Positions 27,412 through 39,068 of a stretch of DNA of 64,000 bases are shown here, in pieces. Below the pieces are notes generated by a model. It was not told where the DNA came from, did not search any database, and worked only from the letters and a program-made list of their open reading frames with translations. Source of the stretch: Lytechinus pictus. Taxonomy: Eukaryota. The stretch covers positions 45,076,001 to 45,140,000 of the forward strand of contig NC_087251.1 in assembly GCF_037042905.1 (NCBI RefSeq), written 5' to 3'. Position numbers and translations under genes: made by a program. Positions within the stretch are counted from its first letter, which is position 1. The number at the start of each line of letters is the position of its first letter.

Positions 27412-28090
27412 TTTTAGGCATACTTGAATCCCCAGATAGAATTTACTATAAAAACAGCACCTTAACTGAATCAGTCTATATTTTTTCATATGAATTATGA
27501 TTGTAATTTTCCTTTCCAGTTTTTAAGATACCTAACTTTACCAATAAAACAGGGTCTTCAATGCAGATTTCTTTTCCTCCAGTCCAAGATCTCTGTCAAG
27601 TTTTACAGATTCAAATATAATCCATTTATACAATAATATAATACCAAGCACTTGTTTACCCTTAATTCATATAATTACCATCTGCCTTTATCTGAAAAGA
27701 TCTTTTCAACACTTCCGGCAATAACTGAGAGGATCCAAAGTTTTTATATCAGTGAATATAGTATTTTAGGCATACTTGAAGTTATAAATTACCATAAAAA
27801 CAGCAACTTAACTGAATTGGTCTATATTTCTTCATATGATTGTTCTATTCATTTCCAATTTTTAAGAACCTTTTAGTAAATTCACCAATAAAAACACAGC
27901 CTTCAATGCAGTCTAAGATCTTGAAACCCCCAGTTAGAATTTACCATAAAAACACAGCATAACCGAATTTGTCTTTATATTTCTTCATTCATATGATTAA
28001 AACTTTCCTTTCCAGTTTCAAAGATCTCCCGATATTCCCAAATAAAACAGGGCCTACAACTAATATTTCTTTTTTCTTCAGTCCAGGATA
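27412..28090 (+). repeat. Three diverged ~170-bp direct repeats
   Basis: TTAC(C/T)ATAAAAACA..CATATGA..TTTCCA..AATAAAA..CA order repeated from about 27412, 27764 and 27920. Confidence 0.8.
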
Positions 28091-30019
28091 AGTTTTAAAG
28101 ATAATCCTTATACAAAATAACACTAGGTAGTAGGTACTTCTTCACCCAATGTTCCTACATTATCATTTGCCAGTAAAACTCAAGAAAATTTCTTTTCAAC
28201 ACCCGAACATCGCTTTTAGAAGTTTTTTCGTCTACACTCCCCTCTACCTAGCCTACAGTAAACAACTCGTTTTAAGGAAGTTCCGCTATACAGAAAACTA
28301 GATTGGCTCAGAATATAGCCCTGTACGGGAGTTACGTTGTACTTAGAATGCATGTTGTCGGGAGGGCAACAACTAGATTAGGCTGAGAATGTTACCATGT
28401 ATGCATTGGAGTAATGTTGTAGAGCGTCGCAAGGGCAAGAGAGCAGACATTGTGACAGTCATGTTCAGTCTGTCTGGAGTACATAGGTCAGTAAGCAATG
28501 ACCTCATGCTTCAAAGTTGGATATCTTGGTATAGGAGGCATTATAGACAACAACCAAAGTAACCCGGAAGGGAAGACATTTTCAAAAACTCGTGCGAGGG
28601 GCAGAGGTTTCGTCTGTGATGTACGGAGAAAGCGAACTTACACGAATGCCGGGAATAAGATTTTGGAAGGATTTTTTTAGACATAAACTGATCCATGATT
28701 TCTCTATGACAGTCAACATGATTGTCAATCAATGACTAGGCTAAAAACGTCTTAAGAATCAACATAAATTCTAAACCAAATAATATCGCTATAAACCTTA
28801 ACCCATGCTTTTGAAGTAAAAAACCCTCCTATGATCCCTTCTCCCAATCTCTCTTCCTTTCTCTCTTTCTCTTTTTTTCTCTCTTTCCTTTTTTTCCTCT
28901 TTCTTTCTGCCATGATATAAACTTACTCTACCGATTATAAAATTCAGTTGTAAAACTCTGCACTGCTTAGATGACATAATTTAAAAAAATAACATCAATA
29001 AGCACTGCATTGGCTGCAGTTTGAGAAATTGGAACCTTTAACCAAGGTTATTTACTTTAGTTGAACTTAGTATATTAAAAATAATAAATTTAAATCTGAT
29101 CATTAATTTTCAAAGAATTCATTGTCAGATAACATGAAAGAGCACATACAACACTTGAGACATGTGTGAAAGATGCAACTGAATATCTGACTTTTTTCAT
29201 AAAGTTTATGGGTAAAGGTTCCAAGAAAAATTACAAATTGAAAAATTCATATCCAAAACTTTTTTAAGGATTTCAGTGAACAGATAAAAATTTTGAGGAA
29301 GAGATTGAGTTAATTTCTTTTAAAACCATGATGGTACAATATATAAGGAAATGGAGGATAATGTGGAATTTCACCATAAATATTGTATAGTCTAGTTCAA
29401 ATATCAATATAAATCTTCCTTTTCATCAATATTTGTCTTTTGGGGCACTAATTGGTTTTCCTTTTTTGTACAATACTTTAAAACTACTTGTTAAGCATGA
29501 AATGGGATGATTTTTGTTCATTCATTCAAATAAACATTTATTTTCTTCCATTTTCACGAAATGTCATTTTTTTCAATATAAACTATGAAAATTAATGTCA
29601 TAAAAGAGTACAAATTACATAACAGATTAGTTAACAGAAGAAGGCAATAATTATTTAATTATTGTAGGATACAATAACTGAATAGATTTCTTAATTGAAA
29701 TCTAACTGCATAAGAGTAAATCTTATATAATAGATAAACCTATAGGTGTTTGCATGATCAAATCATAACAATTACCAAGAGCAGGAGAGAGATAGAGGGG
29801 GTGTAAATCTTATTAAAATTATCATATAATCATTAATCAGAACTCATATTATAAAGTTCACTACAAACTGTTTTCAGATTGGCTGTTAGAATATGACAGT
29901 TCAATATAATAATTCACATTATTAATGAATCTTCGTCCAAACTTTTGACAGGCTCTAAGATGTTCTGTATTGATTTGCACAAATGCATTTCAGAAAGTAA
30001 TGCCTCCCATCACAATAGC

Positions 30020-30252
30020 CAGGATGTGAAATATCTCTGATTTTTTTTCTATCCATTCATATAATTTCCAATAACAAATCATGATGTATTTTCAAGAATA
30101 TTTTCACCAACTTCAGGGATGTGAAATATCTTTTTTAAAATTATTCATATTATTTCCAATAACAAATCAAGATGCATTTTCAAAACATATTGTCACCAAC
30201 TTCAGGTATGTTTTTATATCTATGATATTTTTTTCTATTCATACTGTTTCCA
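30020..30252 (+). repeat. About 2.5 copies of a ~90-bp tandem repeat
   Basis: ATTTCCAATAACAAATCA..TCACCAACTTCAGG is repeated. Confidence 0.85.
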
Positions 30253-30899
30253 CGGGCAAATTAATGGATTAAAACCCAATGCATTTCAATAAAACCTCAG
30301 CGGTTGAATTTATCTAGACAGTGAACAATTGCACTATCTCTAATATAGGCCCTCTGACACCTGGACTGCCCAGACAGATCAATTCAACTGACAATATTTT
30401 AAAATCAAGACAAGTAACTATTCCAGAAGGAGTCATTTTGAAACCCAATCATAATAAAAGGCTATAAACTTGCAAATCTTGAAAATACATCATTTTTGCA
30501 AAGCAATGCAGTTCATTTAAACTCAAAGCACAGCATTTATGTCTTCATGATTTTCTTTTTTCGTTTTTTTCGTTTTTTCCGTTTTTTTTTCAACTTTCTT
30601 TCAAGAGTGCATTTTCAATAAATTATAAATCATGCAAGCTTGAGAGTTAGAAAACAGTTAGACTGAGAGTTCTAAATAAAAATTTTTGTATGTTAAACAT
30701 CTTTTGCATTTTTACATTTATTGAAACAAGTATGACAAAAAAATATATTTTCAAGAATATCTATATTTGTTTCAAAATGAAGATGCAGTTCATTTTAGAG
30801 TAAGATTTGTTTCATCATTGAGTATGAATAATAAGTCTGAATTGCATTTCAGTTGATATTTTCCAAATGTATCACCATTGTCAACAGTCAAAAGAAAAT

Positions 30900-31606
30900 A
30901 ATGAGGAACTTGTTCTTTCTGCATAAAAATATTAATTTTCTCAAAAGACAAATACCCTCTAAACAGACAAACTAACATTGTTGGAAGTGACGCTGAAAAA
31001 AATATTGGTTTATGTTTTTTATTTTTAAATTGCTACTCTGTAAGTACATTTTTCAGGATTTCAAGTTATTTCAGTATGAAAAAAGAATGTTTTTATTAAA
31101 GGATATGGTTGATTTTATATCAAGTTCTTACATTATCAACTTTCATCATGGAGTAGATAAAGAAGAATCTAAACATATATTATTCTGTATGCACAATGCA
31201 AGATTAAAGCTTGAAGGCCAAGCATATTACAAGTACACAATTCAGTGACAATGAAATTTGTTTTGGAGTTATAACACTCAATTACTTCCATCTTACCAAT
31301 ATTATTGTGTTGTTTGCAAAATATTTCATTTATTCATGTAAATACAAGAATATCAAACCCACTTTTGCTCATTTTATGCTTGGTTTGGAAAATATAGAAA
31401 CAACCAAGAGAATCATTGCTTTTAAACGTAATTTTGGTGACCGTGCATCAAAAAACAATTGAATATTTTGTATACAAAATGAACCATTTATTTGAATTTG
31501 TTTAAAATGTATGCTATTTTTTCATTTACAATGTATCTGTGCATGTGATACTCATGTATGGAATGAGTTGAGAAATATAAAAAATCTTGAAAATGAAAAA
31601 AAAAAA
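30900..31606 (+). mobile_element. Decayed 3' fragment of an L1/Tx1-clade LINE
   Basis: ORF 31211-31462 EICFGV..TNIIVLFAKYFIYSCKYKNIKPTFAHF..RIIAFKRN resembles the Tx1/L1 ORF2 C-terminus; frameshifted FQY..EESKHILFC upstream; A-run at about 31596-31606. Confidence 0.7.
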
Positions 31607-32109
31607 TTATAGGTCAATATATATCCTTCACGAAAATATAAATTATCCTTTAAAATACAATTATGAAAATAGTGTTTTTATATCTTCTATAGATTTACAA
31701 TTAGTGCTAAAATCAGAAGGGGGCTCATGAGGTAACATGGAGACATTCTCCTGCTAAAACATGTCAATTTTTTATTGAGTGAAAAAAAAAATCAATATTT
31801 TATGGAGAGAAAAAAATGATAAGGGTAACCATGCAAACTGTTTGAGATGACTATTTGACCTATCATGGTAATAAAAGTGGTCTTAAAAACATATTAGGAC
31901 TGTTGCTCACTGCAGGTGGTGAGAAGTCTTCTTTGCACCACTGGCTACTTGCAAGTTGATTCAGCACATTCACTTGATTTTTCTATATACAATATACTTA
32001 TTCAAATCATAACGTGGATAATATGACTAGATTTATTCCTTTTAATATTTATACATAGTAAAACTTTGTTTAAAATTGTATATAATGTTGTTTACCAGAT
32101 GAACATTAC

Positions 32110-32288
32110 AGTATTTGTTTAACAGCTAAAACAACCATGCTTAATTTATTGAGAATAAAGTATTAAAATTAAACTTTGATTTTTTTTTAGATATTATACA
32201 ATTATTGTTTAAACTGTTTAAACAACTACTGTAAGGTTCACATAGTTAACAGCATTGTGTAAATTTCAACCAGTGTCTTTACTGTGTA
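32110..32288 (+). repeat. Dispersed repeat, also at 34985-35120 and 35121-35226
   Basis: AACAG(C/T)TAAAACAACCATGCTTAATTTATT ... TTTACTGTGTA is shared. Confidence 0.7.
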
Positions 32289-32843
32289 GGTTTAGTATAA
32301 AAGTGAACTGCCTTTAAATGGAATGAAGAAAAGAACTGATATCTTCTTCAAGAAAACACATGACTAATAGTGTTAAGACTTTTATCAAGGTCAACATACT
32401 GTTATCTTATGAAGATGTTATACATTCATCATATCAGAAGAAAACTGAAGTATAAGCCAACGTGTAATGTTATCATCGTTATTTAGGATTTTCAACATGT
32501 GTGTGCACAGCTGACTGAAGACATTTAGCCAAACCATAAGATTAATCTCTTATGTGATATAAAATGGTATACCTGTTGCACCAGTGCAGTGATGCATTCA
32601 ACTGCATCACACATACAGATTAATACTCTTTCACAGTTGCTAGCTATTCATGCATCATTTCAAACACTCAAAATCAAATTGAAATATCATTTGAAACATA
32701 CATATCCCCCTCTCCCGAATACAAATTCCATTCCCTTTCTCACTAGTATCAAAACTCTCTAATGTAATGTTTTATTTCCAATCATCATAAACAAAATATT
32801 TCAAGGAAATGAGATGAATTATGGTAAAAATAATGGCACGCAC

Positions 32844-32900
32844 CTTGCATTTTTCTCGCTCCACGATTCGATGTCGTACCCAGGATCGGCTTGTGGGATG
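32844..32900 (-). CDS. Putative second coding exon, 57 nt, phase 2-2 (S)IPQADPGYDIESWSEKNA(R/S)
   Basis: Acceptor TCTCTCTACTTTCATTGTAG| with a pyrimidine tract and donor AAG|GTGCGT. Open in the frame set by exon 1; GC/CpG-rich against AT-rich flanks. Implied intron 1 is 587 nt. Confidence 0.65.
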
Positions 32901-33487
32901 CTACAATGAAAGTAGAGAGAGAATAGTAATGCTGGTTAGATTGAGAGATGGAATACTACTGAAGCAAAATACGAGGTGATAGACTCTGACAAAGAATCGC
33001 ATGACTTAATATTTACAGGCACGTACAAAAACATTGAAGGAGACATTGTGATTTTCTGGCGGGGGTACGTGTAAGAATCTTAAAAAGCTCGACATGCCAG
33101 CCACCGGGTGATTATCGGTCATCGAGTACATGCAAGCACGCCGCCCCACGCCAAAGCGTTAGCGTGAGCCATAACCTGCCGTCTGCTTCAGCTAAGCTAG
33201 CGAGCGTGCCTCCTTCGTCTAAACATGTACGTTCGATCACGTACGAAATATGACCGAGATCGGGAGAGGGGAAACTCAAGAAAAAAAAAAGTATGAATGA
33301 AATGGTATTGGGGGATAGGTGCATCGTGGACATGCATATGAGGATATGACACTGCTTGCACGTGGTGGATCGCTGGTAGACAGCATTACTACGTGCACGA
33401 ATGTTGGGATTGATTTAAAGATATATTGTATGTTTTCTCCCTCTCCTTTCAAATTGAGTGTGAGAAGAGAGATGTTGGCAACAGTAC

Positions 33488-33546
33488 CTCGCCGGCGCCA
33501 TGGGGTGCAAACGGGCGAAGTTCAGCACAGGATGCGTCGTGGCCAT
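33488..33546 (-). CDS. Putative first coding exon of an unidentified multi-exon gene (MATTHPVLNFARLHPMAPA + 2 nt)
   Basis: ATG at 33546 in good context (GAAATGG) with an in-frame TGA upstream. 59 nt ending at a phase-2 donor AG|GTACTG. Lies in the most CpG-rich unique segment and splices in frame to 32844-32900. Confidence 0.6.
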
Positions 33547-33554
33547 TTCAACTC

Positions 33555-33635
33555 TCACTCGCCTTTCGTCTCCCAATAAAAATTCTCTCCTTTCTCAGTG
33601 CAGGTTGAAATCGTCGATATTGGCGCCCTGGACAT
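33555..33635 (-). other. Upstream ORF (26 aa, MSRAPISTISTCTEKGENFYWETKGE) in the putative 5' UTR
   Basis: ATG with A at -3 (ACAGCATGT); its stop ends 8 nt before the main ATG, in a different frame. It is the 3' part of track ORF 33555..34022. Confidence 0.4.
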
Positions 33636-33759
33636 GCTGTATTGTGTTGAGATACTGGACGGTCTTAATTGATGTAAACAAATATATTTACGATCCAGGG
33701 CCCGCAAAACTCCTGGTATATCACTTGCGAGCCCGTTAGCGTAGCAGACAAGTTCACAG

Positions 33760-34020
33760 CCCGTTGAATTTAAGCCGATCTTCCGCGTATGTATATACGG
33801 CACATGTGTATTGTTATCAATATATTGCGCTACGTTGGTCGGGGGTACTTGGGATAACATGGTAGCACAGCATTCATGTGATGAAGCATTAGATTCGAAC
33901 GTGACGTCACGTTGCAACCATGCTTGAGTTTGACCTTCACTTTGACCCGACGCAGAGACTTTGGGATGTCTCTCTCCCTCCCCTAATCCTCTCTCTCTCC
34001 ACTTCTCTTCCTCCCTTTTC
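33760..34020 (-). promoter_or_regulatory. Candidate promoter of the minus-strand gene
   Basis: TATATA at about 33792-33798, perfect palindrome AACGTGACGTCACGTT with a CRE core at 33898-33913, TGACCT/TGACCC half-sites at 33931-33948, and a CT/GA tract at 33969-34020. Sits at the CpG step. Confidence 0.5.
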
Positions 34021-34984
34021 ATGTTCTATTACATGAATGCCCTTGAAAATAAAATTAGAATATTTCTGTAGGTTGAAGTTGGGCATCATAGCATTGTTTT
34101 CATCATCATTAGTGCTTGGCGGCGTTGATGAAGAGATCTGATGGTGATGATTACTTTGATGACGATGATGATGATGATGATGAAGATGATGATGGTGTGG
34201 TGGTTGTGACAGCGGTGTTACAGCAACATTATATTCATGTTCGAGGTAAGTCGGGCTGATTTGATGTTTGCGTGATGTTGGGGAATATTGGTTATCATCA
34301 AAGACAAGAGGAAGAAAAAATGAATCGAAATTAAATTTATTTTGGATGTTTGCATTTGCTTTTAAGATTCGCCTTTTAATCACCTAAATGAGGGAAATAC
34401 TTTGAGTTAATTCCCTGGTTACATAAACCACTGATTAACAAAGAAAATCATTTATACCCAACCGAAGACTCTTGAAAAGAGTGACAGTGTCAACTTACAG
34501 CAGTCAGCAAATTTTTCATTTACGTCAACTTACAACCTATTACACCTTTCATATTCATTTCATATAGCAATTTCGATCCATATTCTGAAAAGTATAGTTT
34601 TGAATTTCTCCTGTCATCTTCATTGCTGCTCATGATACAGGCCAATCTTTATATATTTTTGGTTTTAATGAATCTCTGTTCTCTCTAATCAATATCATCA
34701 TTGTATCACGTTCATATTAACATTTAACAAATTAAATCAAATGACTCACAATACTCCTATCATATCTCACCGAAAAATTGGGTGAAATAAAAAGGTACAC
34801 TGTCATTTTAAGCACGTTGTTTAAGTCCGTCATCCTAACAACAAGATGTTTAATATTAAAAAAATAGGCCTATATTATCATTATTGTTATAACGTTTATA
34901 AGACATAGAGGCCTACCAAAAGGTACACCTTTCCACTAGGTTATTTACGCATTCCTGATATACTTATATAGCTGAAATTTACTA

Positions 34985-35226
34985 TAGTTGTTGAACAGTT
35001 AAAACAACCATGCTTAATTTATTAAAGATTATATAAAAATTATATTTTGTTTTTTAATTTGAAACACCAAAAAGGTGTTAAACAAGTGAACAGCCTTTTT
35101 AAACATCGCTTTACTGTGTAACAACCGGGCTAAATTTATTGAAGATTAAATATTAAAAATCAAACTTTGTTGTTTGAGATGTTAAACAATAATTATTTAA
35201 AACTGTTAAACATCTACTGTAAACAG
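34985..35226 (+). repeat. Two adjacent partial copies of the 32110-32288 repeat
   Basis: Direct sequence match; second copy begins ACAACCGGGCTAAATTTATTGA. Confidence 0.7.
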
Positions 35227-35729
35227 TCTTTATACACTGTAAAATATATTGAGTAAAATTTTTACCAGCACGAGGTTAACTATTTTTCCAACCAATTTGG
35301 AGCAGTATTTTACCCAATAACGCATATTGTCAAGTAAGGTTAAAAAAAAAGCAGCAATTACTTTAGAATGGGCAAAATTTTCATCACACTTGATAAATAA
35401 AAATGCCCAATGTTGGTTGGATACACGCCAGTAATTAAATGGATCAATCCATACCATGGGTTCAGAGTGGCAAATCTAGAAAGATGTCTATGCTAACGGA
35501 CATCATAGCGTTATGCTGATCCGTCCAATCAGGTCCCATGTGGTCATTCTAAACCGCAAGTCCGTCCCAACAGCAACTCGATTTGAATATTGAGATTATA
35601 AAAAAGGGACTGAAAATCCTCTGAAAATCGGATGTAAGATAAGAAAGTTAGTATTTAAACAAATTAAATATTGTCTATAGGTGTCGTTGATATTCGAATG
35701 ACAGAACCGATGATGAAAGGTTCCCACTG

Positions 35730-36225
35730 GAAAAAAAACACAGTGTTCCACATTGCGTTCCACAGTGTGGAACACTATGGAATCACCTTCACACTGTTTG
35801 AGCATTTCAACAGTGTGAGTCACATATTCATATAGTCCACTATGTGAGCATTTTTTATGATTTTCCAAGGGATGGGGCACATTTTTCCGAACAAAAAAGC
35901 CCTCACTTTCAAAGGGGGGGCACACTTGGGTATAAAAGCTGTATATTTACATTGCAAATTTGATACGGTTCTCAAAAGGGGGCACGGGCCGGCTGTGCCC
36001 CCCCCCCCCCGATCCGCCAGTGCTGTGGACACTCACATTGTTGACGTGTCTACAGTGTGAAATTATCCTCACACGGTTAAACTTGAGCATTTTAACAGTG
36101 TAGCTAATATTTCCACACAGTCCACACTGTAGACACACTATTATCACACTGTGTGAAAATGTGTTATTTCCAGCATGGTTGGGCCGACACTCACACAATT
36201 TGACGTAAACCCCCGTGTGTAAAAA
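35730..36225. mobile_element. Element built from CACAGTGTG/CACACTGTG motifs, interrupted at 35852-36022
   Basis: More than ten CACA(G/C)TG motifs; TGAGCATTT(C/T)AACAGTGT occurs on both sides of the insert. Confidence 0.5.
35852..36022. mobile_element. Right part of the same GGATC-terminal MITE family
   Basis: CTCAAAAGGGGGCACGGGCCGGCTGTGC-polyC-GATCCGCCAGTG matches about 16598-16659. Confidence 0.6.
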
Positions 36226-36404
36226 CAAAATCTGGATTTTTATATCTGCAAATATCTTTAAAGAAGTTTTTGATTGAATAAGTTACAACAGTGGCGATTT
36301 CACACTGTTCAATTTGATTATTTTCAAATTGGCCTTTTGCCAGTGTAACGTTATCTTGAAACTGAAGCAAGATGAAAATGATTGACATCCATGCACAACA
36401 TATT

Positions 36405-36875
36405 CAGATGACGATGGTGGTGTTGTTGCATGTTGCCATGGCCATGATGGCGGTGGTGATTATGGTTGCAGTGATATCATAAGGATGGAAATGATAATTT
36501 TCATGATGATTATGTTGTTGAGGATGACAATGGTTGAAGTAGTGGTGATGGAGGTGGTGGTGGTAGCAATGGTGGTGGCCAGGCGATGGTGGTGGTGATG
36601 ATGGTGCTAGTGAAGGTGGTGCTGATAGTAAAGGTGGTGGTGGCAATTGCGGTGGCGATGGTGGTGATGGTGGTGATACCAATTAGGAGGATTATGTTTA
36701 CATGTATTAAGAGTTTAATTATAATCCTGATCATGGAGGTAATGATTGTCATCACCATCATGACCACCAGAACCATCACCATCATTGTCAGCAGCAGTAG
36801 CACCACCAACAGCAGCAGCATCACAATCATCATCATCATTATCATCACCATCCATCATCAACACCATCATCATTC

Positions 36876-36907
<32 letters not shown>

Positions 36908-36925
36908 CACCACCACCATCATCAT
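36405..36925. repeat. Degenerate (GGT/GAT)n switching to (CAT/CAC)n
   Basis: Triplet periodicity with a strand switch near 36750. Confidence 0.85.
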
Positions 36926-37899
36926 CACATCATCCTCCTTATCATCAAGATGACGATCACGTTCATTATCGTAGAAGTGTTAGTGCTGGTTGTAGTGGCA
37001 GTGATAATAGTCATCATCATCATCACCATCATCATCATCATCTCCACCACCATCAACATGATCACCATCATCATCACCATCAACATGATCAACATCATCA
37101 TCATTATCACCACCACCATCATCATCACATCATCCTCCTTATCATCAAGATGACAATCACGTTCATTATCGTAGAAGTGTGGGTGCTGGTGGTAGTGGCA
37201 GTGATAATAGTCATCATCACCATCATCATCACCATTACCATTACCATCATCATCACTATCATCATCACCATCACCATCAAGATGATCAACATCACCAACA
37301 TCATCAATATCATAATCACCATCACCATCATCATCACATCATCCTCCTTATCATCAAGATGACGATCACGTTCATTATCGTAGAAGTGTGGGTGCTGGTG
37401 GTAGTGGCAGTGATAATAGTCATCATCATCATCACCATCATCATCATCACCACCACCACCATCAACATCATCATCATCATCATCACCATCAACATGATCA
37501 ACATCACCATCATCATCATTTTCACCACCACCATCACCATCATCATCACCATCAACATCATCATCAACACCATCACCACCACCATCACCATCATCATCAC
37601 ATCATCCTCCTTATCATCAAGATGACGATCACGTTCATTATCGTAGAAGTGTTAGTGATTGTGGAAGTGGCAGTGATAATAGTCATCATCATCATCACCA
37701 TCATCATCACCACCACCATCAACATCATCACCATCAACATCATCACCACCATCATCATCATAATCATCATCATCATCACCACCATCACCACCGCCATCAT
37801 CACATCATCCTCCTTATCATCAAGATGACGATCACGTTCATTATCGTAGAAGTGTTAGTGCTGGTGGTAGTGGCAGTGATAATAGTCATCATCATCATC

Positions 37900-37931
<32 letters not shown>

Positions 37932-38122
37932 CATCATCATCACCACCATCAAGATCATCACCATCATTATCACCATCAACATGATCATCATCATTATCAC
38001 CACCACCATCACCACCGCCATCATCATCACATCATTCTCCTTATCATCAAGATGACGATCACGTTCATTATCGTAGAAGTGGTAGTGCTGGTGGTGCTGG
38101 TGGTAGTGGCAGTGATAATAGT
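36926..38122. repeat. Compound minisatellite: six ~86-bp constant cores separated by variable (CAT/CAC)n tracts
   Basis: Cores start at 36926, 37126, 37335, 37598, 37801 and 38028 (periods 200, 209, 263, 203, 227). Confidence 0.95.
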
Positions 38123-38498
38123 TGTGGTGGTGTGGTAGTGGTGGATGGTGGTGGTGGCGTGTTAGTGGTCGTGACGAGGGTGGTGGTAATGGTAATGTAT
38201 TGTATTTATTTTCCATTCATAAAAAACATGCAAAATACAAAAAATACATCAGATATAATTACAAAATAAAATATAAAATGAATATATATGAATGTCTGGA
38301 TTGCCCACATAGAGTGGTAATTATTACTACTCTGTTCTGCCTAGGGGTCCAGAACGTAATAAATGATAGATCAAACTGTCAATGGTAAACAAGCAATTAC
38401 AAGAATGGCGATGGTAAGAGGGAGTTGAAAGGGGACGAGTCGAGACGTTGATAGTTCAAGAAAAAAGTGATCATTAAATGACGACGACGACGACGACA

Positions 38499-38735
38499 TA
38501 CTGGCGTATATAGGGGGGGGGGGGGGCTGGTGACACTGGACTCCCCAAAAGCTCCATGAGCAAGAAAATAAAACAAAAGAGAAGAAATGAAAGAAAAATA
38601 AAAAGGGTGAAATACTTCCTTTTTAAATATACGGTATATTATTTCAAAAAATCTCTCAGAAAAATTGTGAACTATTTAATATTTTCACTCGCTCGCAACG
38701 TTTGTGAAATATTTACCCCATACGCCACGTTTGAC
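38499..38735. mobile_element. Partial hAT-type MITE, same family, forward orientation
   Basis: CTGGCGTA-polyG start, AAGGGTGAAATA and CGCTCGC motifs shared with 55168-55424. Confidence 0.6.
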
Positions 38736-38803
38736 GCCTTCAAAATATATAGCTCATTTACGGTGGTTAAAGTGCTGAAGATGTTTATTATTGTGGTGGC
38801 CAT

Positions 38804-39068
38804 CAGAGGCGTAATTTTTTTAGGGGGCCAGACATGGCGTATTGGGCTAAGTTTATTAAACGTTTAGAGATAGCTAAGCGAGAGAGCAAAAATGTTGAAT
38901 TTTTGAAATTAAAAAAATCTGCTTTTGTGATAGATACTGACATAATATTTATAAAACAATATCACATTTCATCCTTTTTTTTTCCTTTCCTCCCCTTTTT
39001 TTTTCTTGGTCATGAAAATTTTGGGGGTTCATGGCCCCCAAGCCCTCCCCCCAATCTGTACGTCGGTG
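38804..39068. mobile_element. hAT-type MITE, same family as 55168, reverse orientation
   Basis: Reverse-complement similarity along its length; flanks GTGGCCAT / GTGGTGAT (6/8 match). Confidence 0.75.

Noticed and set aside
33470..33480. AGATGTTGGCA, resembling part of miR-31
   Set aside because: The seed region does not match and there is no hairpin; it lies just inside intron 1.
33555..34383. 155-aa and 148-aa minus-strand ORFs as the gene's CDS
   Set aside because: They run through GA and CAT low-complexity tracts and the promoter motifs; the spliced short-exon model fits the signals better.
36926..38122. CRISPR-like repeat-spacer array
   Set aside because: Repeats are ~86 bp, spacers are low-complexity (CAY)n related to each other, there are no cas genes, and the context is eukaryotic.
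36404..38216. Poly-His/Ile/Met/Pro ORFs (up to 258 aa) as genes
   Set aside because: They are open in several frames on both strands because of triplet repeats, and the frame shifts at every unit.
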